This document shows, piece after piece, positions 27,989 through 42,461 of a stretch of DNA of 64,000 nt. The position numbers were made by a program, and so were the translations under genes. The DNA is taken from assembly GCA_033442325.1 (NCBI GenBank), contig JAWQFM010000014.1, positions 157,263 to 221,262 of the forward strand, in the 5' to 3' direction. The DNA is from Salpingoeca rosetta. Taxonomy: Eukaryota > Protista > Choanoflagellata. The first letter of the stretch is position 1. Each line of letters opens with the position of its first letter. The notes beneath the pieces were generated by a model. The model did not search any database. It saw nothing but the letters and a program-made list of their open reading frames with translations, and was not told the DNA's origin.

Positions 27989-29586
27989 CATACACACACA
28001 CCCTTTACCACTCAGCGCACCTGCACGGATTGGATTTGCTCGTCATCGTCGTCATCGCACTCCTCCAGTGCGCGGTTGAGGATGCGTGGCAGCAGTCGCA
28101 GTTGCTGCTCCAGCCGCCGCATGCCCGTCTCAACCCGCACCTCCTCCTCCCCTGTCGGACTCGCCACGCCATCACGCAGTGACGCAAACAGGTCCACGCC
28201 GTCCAGCCCATCGCCACCGCCGTTCGCAGCAGCAGCAGCCCCCGCATGCCCGTTGGGGGACGCTGGAGACTCGGTGTCACCACGCGCCCCCTCACCGCTG
28301 CTGCCACCACCACCATCAGCGGTCTTAGCATTCTTCTCATCACCGCGCTGTTGGTTGGCTGCGTGCTTGCTCGCCTGCTGCCTTGCCTCCTTTAGCAATC
28401 GCGCATACCGTTCCACGGGGTCGTTTGGGTCGTATGCCTGGCCCGTGTACAGCACAGGCGCAAACGTCGCCCTGATCTCGCGCGCCAGCTCCGCCACGAC
28501 CGCCTCTGCGTCCCTCACGTCCTCGTCGCTGTCGTACTGCGCAATCTCGTCCTCCTGCTGCGGCAGCGGGAACGGCAGCAGCGCAACCGACGAGCGTCGC
28601 CGCCGCAGCCGCCGGCCCGACACCGTCTGCCCCAGCGACGATGCGGACGACCGGGAAAAGAGGCCGCGGTGGCGCCCACTGCCACCAGCACCACCACCAG
28701 TCGTGGAAATGGGATTGAATGCGTCGTACTCGTGTTGGGCAGTTGCGTCGGCAGCAGCGGCAGCGGCAGGGGTTGACGGTGGCAGCATGCCTGGCGTGAA
28801 CGGGTCTGCCATACCCATACGGGCGCGTCGCGCCTCTTCCCTTCGCCTGAACGCGTCCTCCCTTCTCCTCTCTTCCTCCTCCACCATACGTCGCTGCCTC
28901 GCTGCCTCCTGCCTCTTCCGCCGCCGTTCAGCCTCCGCCCGCCGCTTGGCTTCCTCCCGCTCGATCCGCTCGCGCGCCTTGTCCCGCGACACCGTGCGTT
29001 CAAACTGCAGTGACGCCTCAAACGCCCGCTGCCGCGCCTGCTCCAGCTGCTCTGCCTCCCGCGCACTCAGCCGCCGGTTTCGCTTGGCCTCCGCCGCAGC
29101 ATCTTCCTCGCTCAGGTCTGCAAACGGATTCCACCCGCTGCCGCCAGCAAGTGCGCGCCCCTTGCTTGCAGGCTTGGAGACAGGCCTTGGTGTGGGGTTG
29201 GCTGCTTGTGTCTTTGTTGTAGGCTTGTTGATGGGAGACTTGGTTGCTTGTGCTTTGCTGGCTTGTGACTTGGTTGCAGGCGGCTTGTTGTTGGGTGGCT
29301 TGGCCGTTTGTTTAGAGCCCGAGGTTTGATGTTGGTCGCTGCTTGTCTGCTGTGGTGCTTGTGGTGCTTGTGTTGGTGTCTGTTCTGCTTTTGCGTTCTG
29401 GCGTGCGCCCTGCTGCTGGTTGGCTGGCGGCGTCGCTGGCGGGGACGTGACGGATGAAGGCGTGGACCGCCGCGGTTTGGGCAGCGTCCGAGGCGGCGTG
29501 GGTTTGCTGCGGAGCAAGGACGATGGCGCTGGAGACTTGGGCTCGGTCTTTGTTGTGTCCTCTACCTCCTTCTTGTCCGCACGTCC

Positions 29587-29624
<38 letters not shown>

Positions 29625-30773
29625 GCTGCTGCTGCTGCTGTTGTTGTTGTTGTTGTTGGTCTTGCTGCTGTGCATCTACGTCTTTGAAGGGGGTGGGCGG
29701 CTCCATGAACAAGCCGCCCGTGTGTCCATCACCATCACTGTCAGTGTCACTGTCAATGTTGAGGTGGTGGTGGTGGTGGTGGTGGTGGTGACCACCGTTT
29801 GCACCGTCATTGGCTGCCTTGTTGAGGTCCTCCTTTGCAGCATCACCATCCTCGCCCTCCTCTTCCTCTTCTTCATCGCCCTCCTCTTCCTCTTCGTCTT
29901 CATCGCTCATCATGAGGGCTCCGAGTGGAAGGCCAATGCGCTGTTTCATAAAACCAACAAACCAGCAGCAGCACAGGCCCGGGGGTGAATGCGTGTCACG
30001 AGTGCGTGCGCCCAGCGCAACACGTGTGCATAGTGTGCGAAGGAAGCGCGTACGGTTTGGGCGTACGGGTTGGGCGTGGGGTTTAGCGCACCACGCCAAT
30101 CCCCACGACGCTCATCGGGCTCAATGGTGCATGTCATGCATTGTAACAGAAAAGCAGGCACCACTGCGCACCTTCGAGTTGGACGCGGCTTTGCGGCGGG
30201 CCATCATCATGCGGGTGCGCTCGTCGTCTTCGTCCTCGGAGTCGTCGTTGTCTTCGCCATCGTCTTCGGCGCTGCTGTGGTCATGGTGGTGATGGCGCTG
30301 GGTTGTGGAGGCTGGCGCGGCGTTCTGTTGTGACACAGCACGCGGTGCAAGATGATGGGGAGAGTAAAGGGTGAGAGAGAGAGAGAGAGTGTGTGTGTGT
30401 GTGAGGGGGGGGGGGGGGAAAGGGTTTGAAATCAAATCTAATTCTTCTCCCAATCCGTCGGCTTGGGCCGCATTGAGGGGGACCAGCACATAAGGGTCCC
30501 CGTGCAACTTGAAGTAACGCCCCGAAACACCAACTATTCCACAAACGGAAAGCCCAGACACGGAAGGGGCTTGACCACGACAACCAAAAACGTTGGTACC
30601 GGACCTTCCAAAACGAACCTGTCACATTGTTGGAGAAGCCGTGTGATGGCNNNNNNNNNNNNNNNNNNNNNNNNNNNNNNNNNNNNNNNNNNNNNNNNNN
30701 NNNNNNNNNNNNNNNNNNNNNNNNNNNNNNNNNNNNNNNNNNNNNNNNNNCACACACACACACACACACCCAC

Positions 30774-30817
<44 letters not shown>

Positions 30818-31197
30818 CCACACACACCCACCCACACACACACACCCACACACACACACACACACACCCACACACACCCACACACACCCACACACCCACA
30901 CACACACACACACACACACCCCCACACACGCACCAGAACAACAAAACTGGTGTGCGTGTACGCGTTTGCACACTGCGGTGCACGTTCACACCAGCGTGCG
31001 CATGCAAACACCAGTACATTTACAACCACACACACACATGCACACGCACACAAGGGTGCACTCACTGTTCCTCCATTGCCAGTTCCTGAGATGCCCAGCT
31101 TCATCTCGTTGAGGTTCTCGTCAAACAGGCGCATCATATCCGCTGCCCCTTGCCGCGCCGCCGCAAGCGCATCGCTCTCCTCCTTTTCGCTGCTCAT
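22260..31197 (-). CDS. Giant multidomain actin-fold protein: coiled-coil/NPF region, PX, SAM, PH, actin-like domain, acidic tail
   Basis: Nine phase-compatible GT-AG exons: 31197-31066, 30324-30172, 29940-28021, 27783-27675, 27450-27364, 27191-26978, 26604-26499, 26223-23362, 22913-22260 (6237 nt, 2078 aa; extra exons possible at the gap). PX-like ~26560-25990; SAM ~25228-25050; PH ~24513-24225. Actin fold ~24168-22605 with LIFDIGG..RAGYA, ILTEP, QGLLSMYSYG..TGVVVDVG, LFQP, NIYLSGGTTMLPGFAERL. Confidence 0.85.
30651..30750. other. Assembly gap (N run)
   Basis: Run of n characters. Confidence 1.
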
Positions 31198-31543
31198 CTT
31201 GGTCGGGTGCTTTTGTTGTTGTTGGTTTGTTTGTGTGTGTGCAGTTTTTTTTTTTTTTGCAGCAACTGATCTGCTACTTTTTATCGTGTTGCACCAGCTG
31301 TCGGCGAAGCGGAAATTCAATGAAGACATACATAATGACCGACGGATGACATTCACAATTGCGAAACGCGAACCCAAAACAACGCACACGAACCAAACCA
31401 ACAACCAAACGACAACACCTTGATCTCTGCTCCTCGCCAACCACCGCGACCACCACCACCGCAGCGGCTGTTGCTCTCGCCCAAGGCCCCTTGCCTCACT
31501 GCTTCCTCCCCTCTCCCTCCCTTTCCCTTTCTCAACAAGCAAA

Positions 31544-31774
31544 GTAAGTTAGAGTGCGCACATCGCCCAGATGTTTCCGTGTATTACGTGCGCACAACTT
31601 CTGTCAACACCCGATACGTGCCCATCAGCATCTGCTCACATCCTGTTCCTTTCTCCCATCCGTTTCCCTGCACTCTCTCCTCTTCCTGTCCATCGCACTC
31701 TCCCGCGTTCCACTCTCACCTTGACCACTCCACTCCTGCTCACCACCAATTTTAATTTTTTTTTTGCTTTCCAG
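31544..31774 (+). other. Probable 5'-UTR intron of the SPX-ankyrin-GDPD gene
   Basis: GTAAGT donor at 31544. Long T-rich tract and CAG ending at 31774, two bases before the ATG at 31777. Confidence 0.55.
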
Positions 31775-31776
31775 GG

Positions 31777-34700
31777 ATGAAGTTCGGCAAGACCATCCGC
31801 AACAAGGCCTTGCCGCAGTGGGCCATGCACTACATGGACTACAAGGCGCTCAAGAAGATCATTCGCAAGTGCGTTGCGGCGCAGATGAAACGTGATGCCA
31901 CCCGCCAGGCTGCAGCCGAGGGGCGCCCGTCAGAACAAGTGGCCAGCAGCCCGACAACAAAATCAGCCACATCAACCGCAGCTGGCGCCACCGAAACAGG
32001 GAAACCGCCCACGTCAGCGGAATCGGCAGCATCGGCAACCGAACCAACCACACTGCAAGACGACGAGCGCGAGTACGAGACATGCGTCACGTACTTCTTC
32101 TTCTTGCTGCAGCGGCAACTGGAGAAGGTATCTGACCTGTTTGCAGACGAGTCAACGCTGCTGCAGGCGCGCCTCATGGCCATCACAGACAAGTTCAACC
32201 GCATGGCCGTCGACTCCACCCTTCCGGAGCCCGACTTTCGTCGCCAGGCCGTGGCGCAGCTCCTGCGCGGCATCAACGACCTCCTCACCACGCAGCACAA
32301 CCTGCGCGACTTTTCACACATGAACAAGGAGGGCTTCCGCAAGATCCTGAAGAAGCTCGACAAGCAGCTCGGCACAAGCTACTCTGCCAAGTGCATGAAC
32401 GAGCGCGTCAACGTCGCCTCCTTTGCAACGTGCAGCGAGACGCTCGACCCGCTGGAGCACCGCGCCCGCCGCCTCAAGCTTCGGCTCGAGCGCGTGCTCG
32501 GTATCCGTGGGTCGTCCTCTGCCATGCGCCTGCTCGCCAAGCGCGCGCCACCGCACGCCACCACGCCCGCCTCCGCCTCCGCCAGCGAAGACGACGAGGA
32601 CGAGGTCGACATCATCCATGACGTGGCCGGCGGCCTCTCCGACAGCGGCAGGCCCGTCTGGCACGCGGGCAGCGCGGCTACTGGGGACGTGACTTCGCTC
32701 AGCGGGGGCGCCATGCCGCACAACCTGGGCCAGCTGCTGGACACCGCCCGGTTCACAGACCTCGACGCGGCGCTGCTGCACGTGGAGCCGATGGAGCGCA
32801 CCGCCATCATGGACGAGCTGCTCGTGCGCGCATGCAAGACTGCAAACTCGGACGCCATCGCCTATTGCGTCAAGCACAAGGCCAACAGCCTGCACCACAC
32901 GGAACCGCACGGGTACACGTGCTGGCACATCCTGGTACGGCGCAACCGGCTGCCACAGCTTGAGCTGCTGGCCAAGCTCTCACACAAGCGGCAGGTGCGA
33001 CGTGCGTGCACAGAGACGGACGCCATGGGAGAGACAGTGCTCCATCTCGCAGCAGCGTTTGGGCGCGTGGATGCACTGCGGCTGTTCCGCCAACACAGCG
33101 CAGACCTGGACGTGATGGCGTCCAACGGGTTTACGCCGCTGCTTGCAGCCATCCACCGCAGCCAGACGCAGGCTGCACTTGCCCTCATTGAGATGGACGC
33201 GGACCCAGACCTCTTCAACTCGGAACTCTCCTCATGTGAGTGCACGGGCATTTTTAGTGTGTTTGTGTGAGTTTGTGTGAATTTGTGTGTGTTTGTGCGT
33301 GTTTACGTGTTTGTGTGTGTGTGTGTGTGAGTTTGTGTTGTGTTTTGTGTATTTGTGTGTATGTGTGTGTGTGTGTATGTGTGTGGCAAGCTATGCAGTT
33401 GTGTCTGGCACATACGCTGCAACATGTCACTGTTTGCATCCACGAACTTACCTCCTCCCTCCCTTATACACCTTATCAACCCCCCCCCAAATTCCCTTAT
33501 CACCCCTCATCTCCAATCGCCACCCAGGCCTGTCGCCGCTTGCCATGGCGGCCCAGCAGGGCGATGCTGTGGTTGTGCGCGCGCTGCTGGACGCCGGCGC
33601 CGACGACAACGTCGCCGACATTGAGGGCGAGCTCGCCCTGCACAAGGCATGTGCCCACGGCCACGTGGATGTGGTGCGCATGCTTGTTGAACACAACCCG
33701 GACAGCGTCAACAGGCGCGACGAGTATGAACTGCACACGCCGCTCTTTCTCTGCGCAAAGCACAACAACCAGGAGTGCGCGCGCGTGCTGCTGGCCCACG
33801 GCGCTGCGGTGAACGTGCGCGACATTCGCGGCTGGACGCCCCACTCGTACGCCATGTACTACGGGTACATTGCCTTTGGCGAGGAGCTCATCAGCTGGGG
33901 GGAGCCCGGGGCAGTGGCATGCAGGTGCGGCGAGGGCACGCAGTCTGCGCAGACACACGCACACGCGCACACGCGCACGAAACCCCGGGACGAGGGCGGT
34001 GGCAGCGGCGATGCGGCTTCTGCTGTTGGCAAGGAGGGCATGGCGTCGACGCTCGCCCGGCGGGAACAACGAGGCTCAGCCACATCCCACGACCCATATG
34101 TACACTACCACATGCACCGCCACGACCCGAAGCAGCAGCAGTTTCGCGATCGCCTGTGGAGCGATGACGATGATGAGGATGATGAGGATGAGGATGAGGG
34201 CGACGATGAGGGTGCAGAGGCGAGTCACGCTCACCACGCGCCCCGCAAGGGCAGTGGTGGTCGGCAACACCAACAGCATCAGCAACAACATCAAGATGAG
34301 GATGAAAGCCAAGGGGAAGGTCAGACTGGCGACAACCAGCAACAGCAGAGCGAGCAGGAGCAGCAGGAGCAGCAGCAACGCCGCCGCCGCAGCAAACTGC
34401 TTGCCAACCCACGCCAGCCGTTGGACGTGACAAGCTTCATTGACAAGGAGGGCAAGTACCGGATGCGCGGCAGCGAGAAGACGGTGCCCATGTCGCAGCG
34501 CACGTACGGACACGAGTACCTGCACACAGCGGCGCGCGCGTTTGTGGACATCTCCCCCATGCGCAACGCGGACCGCATGGCGCTGTTTGACGCGGAGGGA
34601 CTGCGGCTAAACGTGCGGCAGTGCATGCTGCAGTGCGCCATTTCGTTTCAGACGGAGCCTGGCGCGGCGCCTATGGTGATTGACAGCGCGCACTTCAAGG

Positions 34701-35962
34701 CGCTGGCGCTGCCCCTGAACGAGGACGGCGACAGCTTCAGCTTCGACATTCCCGTGGAGGACGTGAAGCCGCACGCAACGCTGGAGTTCCGGCTCGTGTC
34801 TGTGTTTGACCCGACGGTGGTTGTGGCCTGTGGGCGGCTGCCCGACCGCGTGTGGCAGAACACGGACGAGCAGCACACGACGCACGAGGTGATGCTGCTC
34901 AACCGGCACCTGCACGCCGTGTTCCCGCTGCGCTTCCGCTATCTGCTGGTGCTGCCGTACCTTGGCTCTGAACTGCGCATCCAGCCCAGCAACACGTACT
35001 GGACAACGCGCAAGCAGCTGCCTGTGTGGGGCCACCGTGGCACGGGCTCGTCCAAGGCCGCGCACGTCGACAGCAACACATACCGCACACACGTGCAGGA
35101 GAACACGGTGCTCTCGTTTGTGACGGCGGCCAACCTTGGCGCGGAGTACGTCGAGTTTGACGTGCAGCTGACGCGCGACAACGTGCCTGTCATCTACCAC
35201 AACTGGACGCTGGCGGACGTGCTTGGCTTTGACGTGCCCATTGACATTGTCACGCTGGACGCGTTCCTCAGCATCCGGGAGCGGCGTAAGGGCGACGCAG
35301 CGCGGTTTGGGCTCGACTCCGACTCGCGCCTCTCCGTCCGAGAGCGCACGCCGGTGCCGCCAGGTGCACCGCGCATTCGTGGCAGCACGAGCAGCGGCAG
35401 CAGCTTGGGCAGTCAGGAGGACGTGAGCAGCAACAGCAACAGCAACAGCACCAGCAACAACACGTCGCAGGGGAGCGGGAAAGCCGTGAGCCCGCCCGTG
35501 CTCTCTGCGGTGCCGGCGCACGTGGTGAGCAGCAAGAGCAAATACAAGCCCCAAATCCAACAGCAGCAGCAGCAACAACAACGGCAGCAACAGCAGCAGC
35601 AGCAGCAGCAGCCACGGCGCAACCCAGCCAGCCATGAGAGCAGCACCTCATTTGCTGTGACCGACACGTCTCCAAGTCCCTTCAAGCCCAGCACGGTGGC
35701 AGAGGCACGGGGACAGCGGTGGCCGAGTGGCCGCCCGCGCGCATACAGCAACCCAGAGCTGTCGAGTGTGAAGACGCAGGGCCTTGACATCGACCCCAAG
35801 CGCTACGTGCGCGCGCCGCTCGCAACCCTGCAGGAAGCTCTCACCCTCGTTCCAGAGTACGTTGCATGGCAAGGAGGGGGTTGGGGGTTGGGGTGGGGTT
35901 TCAACTTGTGGCCGGATCAGTTTGCCTGTTTCGGTGCTGCCTCACCGCCCATGATGCACTTT

Positions 35963-35993
<31 letters not shown>

Positions 35994-36018
35994 TCACGCA
36001 CACACGCACACACACACT

Positions 36019-36103
<85 letters not shown>

Positions 36104-36534
36104 TCAAATGCGTTGCTTGTTGCGTGCGTCAGGTCACTCGGGTTCAACATTGAAATCAAGTACCCGTTGGAGGAGCATCAGAAGCTGCACAAGCTGCAAT
36201 CGTGGGAAATGAACACGTTTGTGGACACCACACTCGACATTGTGTTCCGCCACGCCGGCGACCGCAAGATTGTCTTCTCGTGCTTCCACCCCGACATGTG
36301 TCGCATCCTCAGCCTGAAGCAGCCGTCGTACCCCGTGCTCTTCCTCACCACCGCCGGACACAAGGAGGTGTTTACGGACGCCCGCGCCATGTCGCTTCGC
36401 GCTGCCGTTCGATTCGCATCGTCCGCCAACCTCCTCGGCATCGTCTCAAACTCCCACCCGCTGGTCCGTCATGCGTTGTGTCGTGTGTGTGTGTGTGTGT
36501 GCATATGTGTGTGTGTGCGAATGTGTGTTTGTGC

Positions 36535-36568
<34 letters not shown>

Positions 36569-36837
36569 TTGTGTGTTTGTCCAACGTTCTCTGTTCTTCT
36601 CCGTTCTCTGTTCTTCTCCCCCCCCCAACTCACTGCCCACAAATCAATGACAGGTGCTGTGTCCCGAGCTGATTCACCAAGTCAAGAGCTCAGGTGAGAA
36701 TGGACAGCCATGCACATACGTGTTTACAGACTTATGCGTGCGTACATGTGTGCATGGGCGTGCACATGAGTACTGCCACATCACACTACCTTCCTCTATT
36801 TACCTCACATTTACGCGTTCATGCGCGCGCGCGTGTA

Positions 36838-36904
<67 letters not shown>

Positions 36905-37082
36905 TGCGCCAACGTGCAATGTGCAATGTGTAGGACTGCTGCTGCTGACGTGGGGCGACGAGAACAACGACGTGGACTGCGTTCGGCTGCAGGAGGCGTG
37001 TGGCGTCGATGCTGTGATTGTTGATCACATTGCACACATCCGCAAAGGCCTTCGCCCACGCGATGAAGAAGCGCTCGCGTAA
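31777..37082 (+). CDS. GDE1: SPX-ankyrin-glycerophosphodiester phosphodiesterase (Gde1-like)
   Basis: Exons 31777-33235, 33528-35856, 36133-36463, 36654-36693, 36934-37082, all in phase. SPX: MKFGK..W..HYMDYKALKKII and NKEGFRKILKKLDK. Ankyrin repeats: GETVLHLAA, GFTPLLAA, GELALHKAC, GWTPHSYA. GDPD: VWGHRGTG, ENTVLSF..GAEYVEFDVQLTRDNVPVIYH, GFNIEIKYP, IVFSCFHPD, GVDAVIVD. Confidence 0.9.
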
Positions 37083-37415
37083 GCAGCAGTTGACGGTGGA
37101 TGCTGACGGTGGTGGTTGACTTTGATGATGCGGGAAACACAAAGAGGTATCGCTTCATGTCTCACAGCACCAACAGCTCGTTGTGGTGATGACGGCGGTG
37201 TTCGTCAGAATCGTCGGAAGTGGAACACATGCACACGTGCATGTGTGTGCATGTGTGTGTTTATGTGTGTGTTTATGTGTGTGCATGGTTGGTTGGTTGG
37301 TTGGTTGGTTGTTTGGTTGGGTCTGTTTCCATCTTGTTGCTGTAGATGAGCAGCACGAGTGGACTGACGATGCCCCATACATCACGTGACCAGCCACGAG
37401 CGAAAAGAGCACAAG

Positions 37416-37468
<53 letters not shown>

Positions 37469-38236
37469 CTCCCTTGTGTGGATTTCCGTGCAAACTGTTT
37501 ACGGACACAGAGACAACATCAAAGTGGAAAACGAAGAGGGGGAAAAGAGAAGGAGGGAGAGTGCAACCATCATCGTGTCAGTGAACAGCAACGAAGGTGT
37601 AGCAACTCGTGCGACGCAAACGCCACAAGTGTGCGCAGAATGACGGCACCCTTCTCATCGGCATGAGGGCAGGGTGCACGGCAAGAAACGCAGACGCGAG
37701 CGCGGCCATGCACGAGCAACGAGGCGGCAGCAAGAAGCAAGCAGTCGACAGAGGCAGCGGAAAGAAGCAAGCAACGCAATATCGTGTCAGGGAAGGGGGG
37801 GGGGAGGGGTTGACGAGTGTGGGGCACAATGTAGAGAGGAGGGGGCGGCAACTGACATGTCCCGAAGAAGCACAGGCTGCTTTTGTTTGACAAAGCAGCA
37901 GGTAGCTGGGATGGTATCAAGGAGAGCCGCCAACACTTTGTGCTCCAGACAACAGTAACAAGAACAACAGCGGGAGACGGCAGGGAACAAAGCGGAAGCA
38001 ACCAAACAGATCCCTACGCGTGTGTTGCTTACAGACATGCAAGCAAAGACAACGCGTGCAGTACTGTTTGAAGCAGGGATGACAACAGCGAGAAGAGCAT
38101 GCACGTACATGTGCGTGCAGACGCACGCATAGCACGTACACGCACGTGCGTCACACACTATGCACGCACACACGCACACGCACACGCACACACTTGCACG
38201 CTGCAATCAACGACAAACCGAGGGCTGGGCTGGATG

Positions 38237-39540
38237 TCAGTGGAAGGGTTGAACGCGTCGATTTGGATGCTTTGCAAACTCCAGCACTTCGCGAAACAGG
38301 AACAGGTCCTCGCTCCAGTCCGGTGGCCGCTGCTCCCACTCCCCCTGCAGATCGTCCACTTCGCGCTCGCTCTTGTCCGGGAACACAGCCCTGAGCTGAG
38401 CGAGAATGTGAGCGTTGAGGTCGACGTTGTCGGCCAGGCGGCGCAGTTGCTCGGGGCCAAACAGCTTGCCAAAGCAAGTCCAACCGTTGTCGTTTTTCTG
38501 GAGCGGGTCGCAGCCGTGGTCGATGAGGATGTTCATGACGTCGCGTGCCTCCACGGCGCCGGCATAGTGGGCGGCCGTGTTGCCGTCATCCGTGATGGCA
38601 TCGGGCGTGCACCCGCTCTCAATCAGCAGCTCCACCATCTCCATGTTGCGGTTCTGCGCAGCATAGTGCAGAGGTGTAAGGCCTGCAAAGACCGCAAGTC
38701 AAGTGGGCAAGCCAGTGAGCAAGCATGTTGTATGATGTCATGATACATGGAAGAGCAAGACAACGCGTCAAGAGAGCTAAGGTCGATATCTGAGGGCAGT
38801 GAGGCGGGGGGGGGGAAGGTGTTGATTTGGTTCGATCCGTCACTGGGTGTGCTAGAGTGCAGCCCCACGACCAATTGCAACGGGGGGGGGGCAGGCAGCA
38901 AGAAGATGACTGAGCTCGTACCGACGGAGGTTCGGATGTCCATGCGTTCGCGCGGCATGCGTGCAATGAGCGTTTTGGCCGTCTCCGTGAGGATCTGGCC
39001 GGGGGCCAGCTCGCTGTTCCCACGCATCACCTCGTGCAGCGGGCAGAGACCGCCTTTCTTGGCGGGGATGGTCTGATCCGCACCGGCATCGAGCAGGCAT
39101 TTCACCAGCTGACGTGTGTGTGGGTTGTTGTCGTTGAGAAACATGTTGAGAAACATGATTCGTGTCGGACATGTGCATGTGGCATGTGAGAAGGCACAGG
39201 CAATATTTGTCCCTTGTATGTGTATGTGTGTGTGTGTGTTTGTGCGTGTGTGTTTGTGTGTATGTGTGAAGCAAAGGGTGTCGTACAGGATAAACAGCAA
39301 TCCACATACCAGCCCACATACCAGGGACAAGCATGTGCAGGCCGGTGTCTGCACCCACAGTCAGTGCGTGCTGCGCACCTCGTTTGCTTCGTCATCGTTT
39401 GGCCAGGTTGACACAACCAGGCGGAGCGGGGTCCAACCATACCTGTTGGCTTGGTTGACCTTGTCCTTGTTTGCCGCGATGATTTTCTTTACATCCTCAA
39501 CAGGCCGCTTGTCCTCCAGCGCTTGCAGGATCACCGACAT
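38237..39540 (-). CDS. Small ankyrin-repeat protein
   Basis: Exons 39540-39379, 39108-38922, 38682-38237, in phase. Repeats: VNQANRYGWTPL..LVKCLLDAGAD; GLTPLHYAAQNRNMEMVELLIESG; GNTAAHYA; DNGWT. Confidence 0.85.
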
Positions 39541-39982
39541 GGCACTGAATGATGTGGGCGTACGGACCGGCTTTGGAGATGAGGTTGGCGTGGAAGCAAC
39601 AGAAGAAGCAAAGCAGCAGGGCGAGGAGGAGGAGGAAGAAGAAGAAGGAGGAGGAAGAAGGACCTTGTGATGCCATGTCACAAGAGCCCACTGCTTCTAC
39701 TTGCATCGTCTCATTGTGAGAGGAGGAAAGCGCACCTGCAAAAGTTGGGGGGTCGGTCGGCGTTGGACAGAAGCAGAAGAAGAAGAAGAAGGGTGTTTGG
39801 GGTTTATGGCCATCATCACCGGCTGGCGGCGCTGTCCTTGCTTCATTTGCAATTTGCAACGCATTGCACGTGTGTTTTTGCAAAGCAGCCAGGAAGACAA
39901 GCAAGCAAGACAGGCAAGACGACAAGCAAAGCAAGACCAAGCAAGCTGTGAAGCCGAGTAGAAGCCACGAGTGAAGGCAAAG

Positions 39983-42010
<2,028 letters not shown>

Positions 42011-42391
42011 TGTGGTGCGGTGTGGGCGAATTGGCAGACGGCTGAGACAGCGGACACCCTTGCTCTGCGTTAACATAATTGCACGTCGTTGTGCGGCTTG
42101 CTTGCGTGCATGATAATAGTGTCGGTTGAATAAAGAACAGTGGTGATCACTGTTGCATCTGCAGGCAATTGGTCGATAGTGATGTTTGAGGGACAGCAAG
42201 GTGACCTGAAGGTGGCGAGAGTGCTCAAACTGAAGTGAAAGACATGCATGTATGGATGCATATGGATGCTGCTACCGTGGCTCTTTACTCCGTTTATTCA
42301 TTCACGTCGGTAACGAAACAACTGCTGCTGATGCTCATGGCCATGGTCGCGGCAGTACCATTCAAAACAGGAAGGGGGCTGTTTGCTTGTT

Positions 42392-42429
<38 letters not shown>

Positions 42430-42461
42430 GTGTGTTGTGTGTGTGTGTGTGCGTGTGTGTG

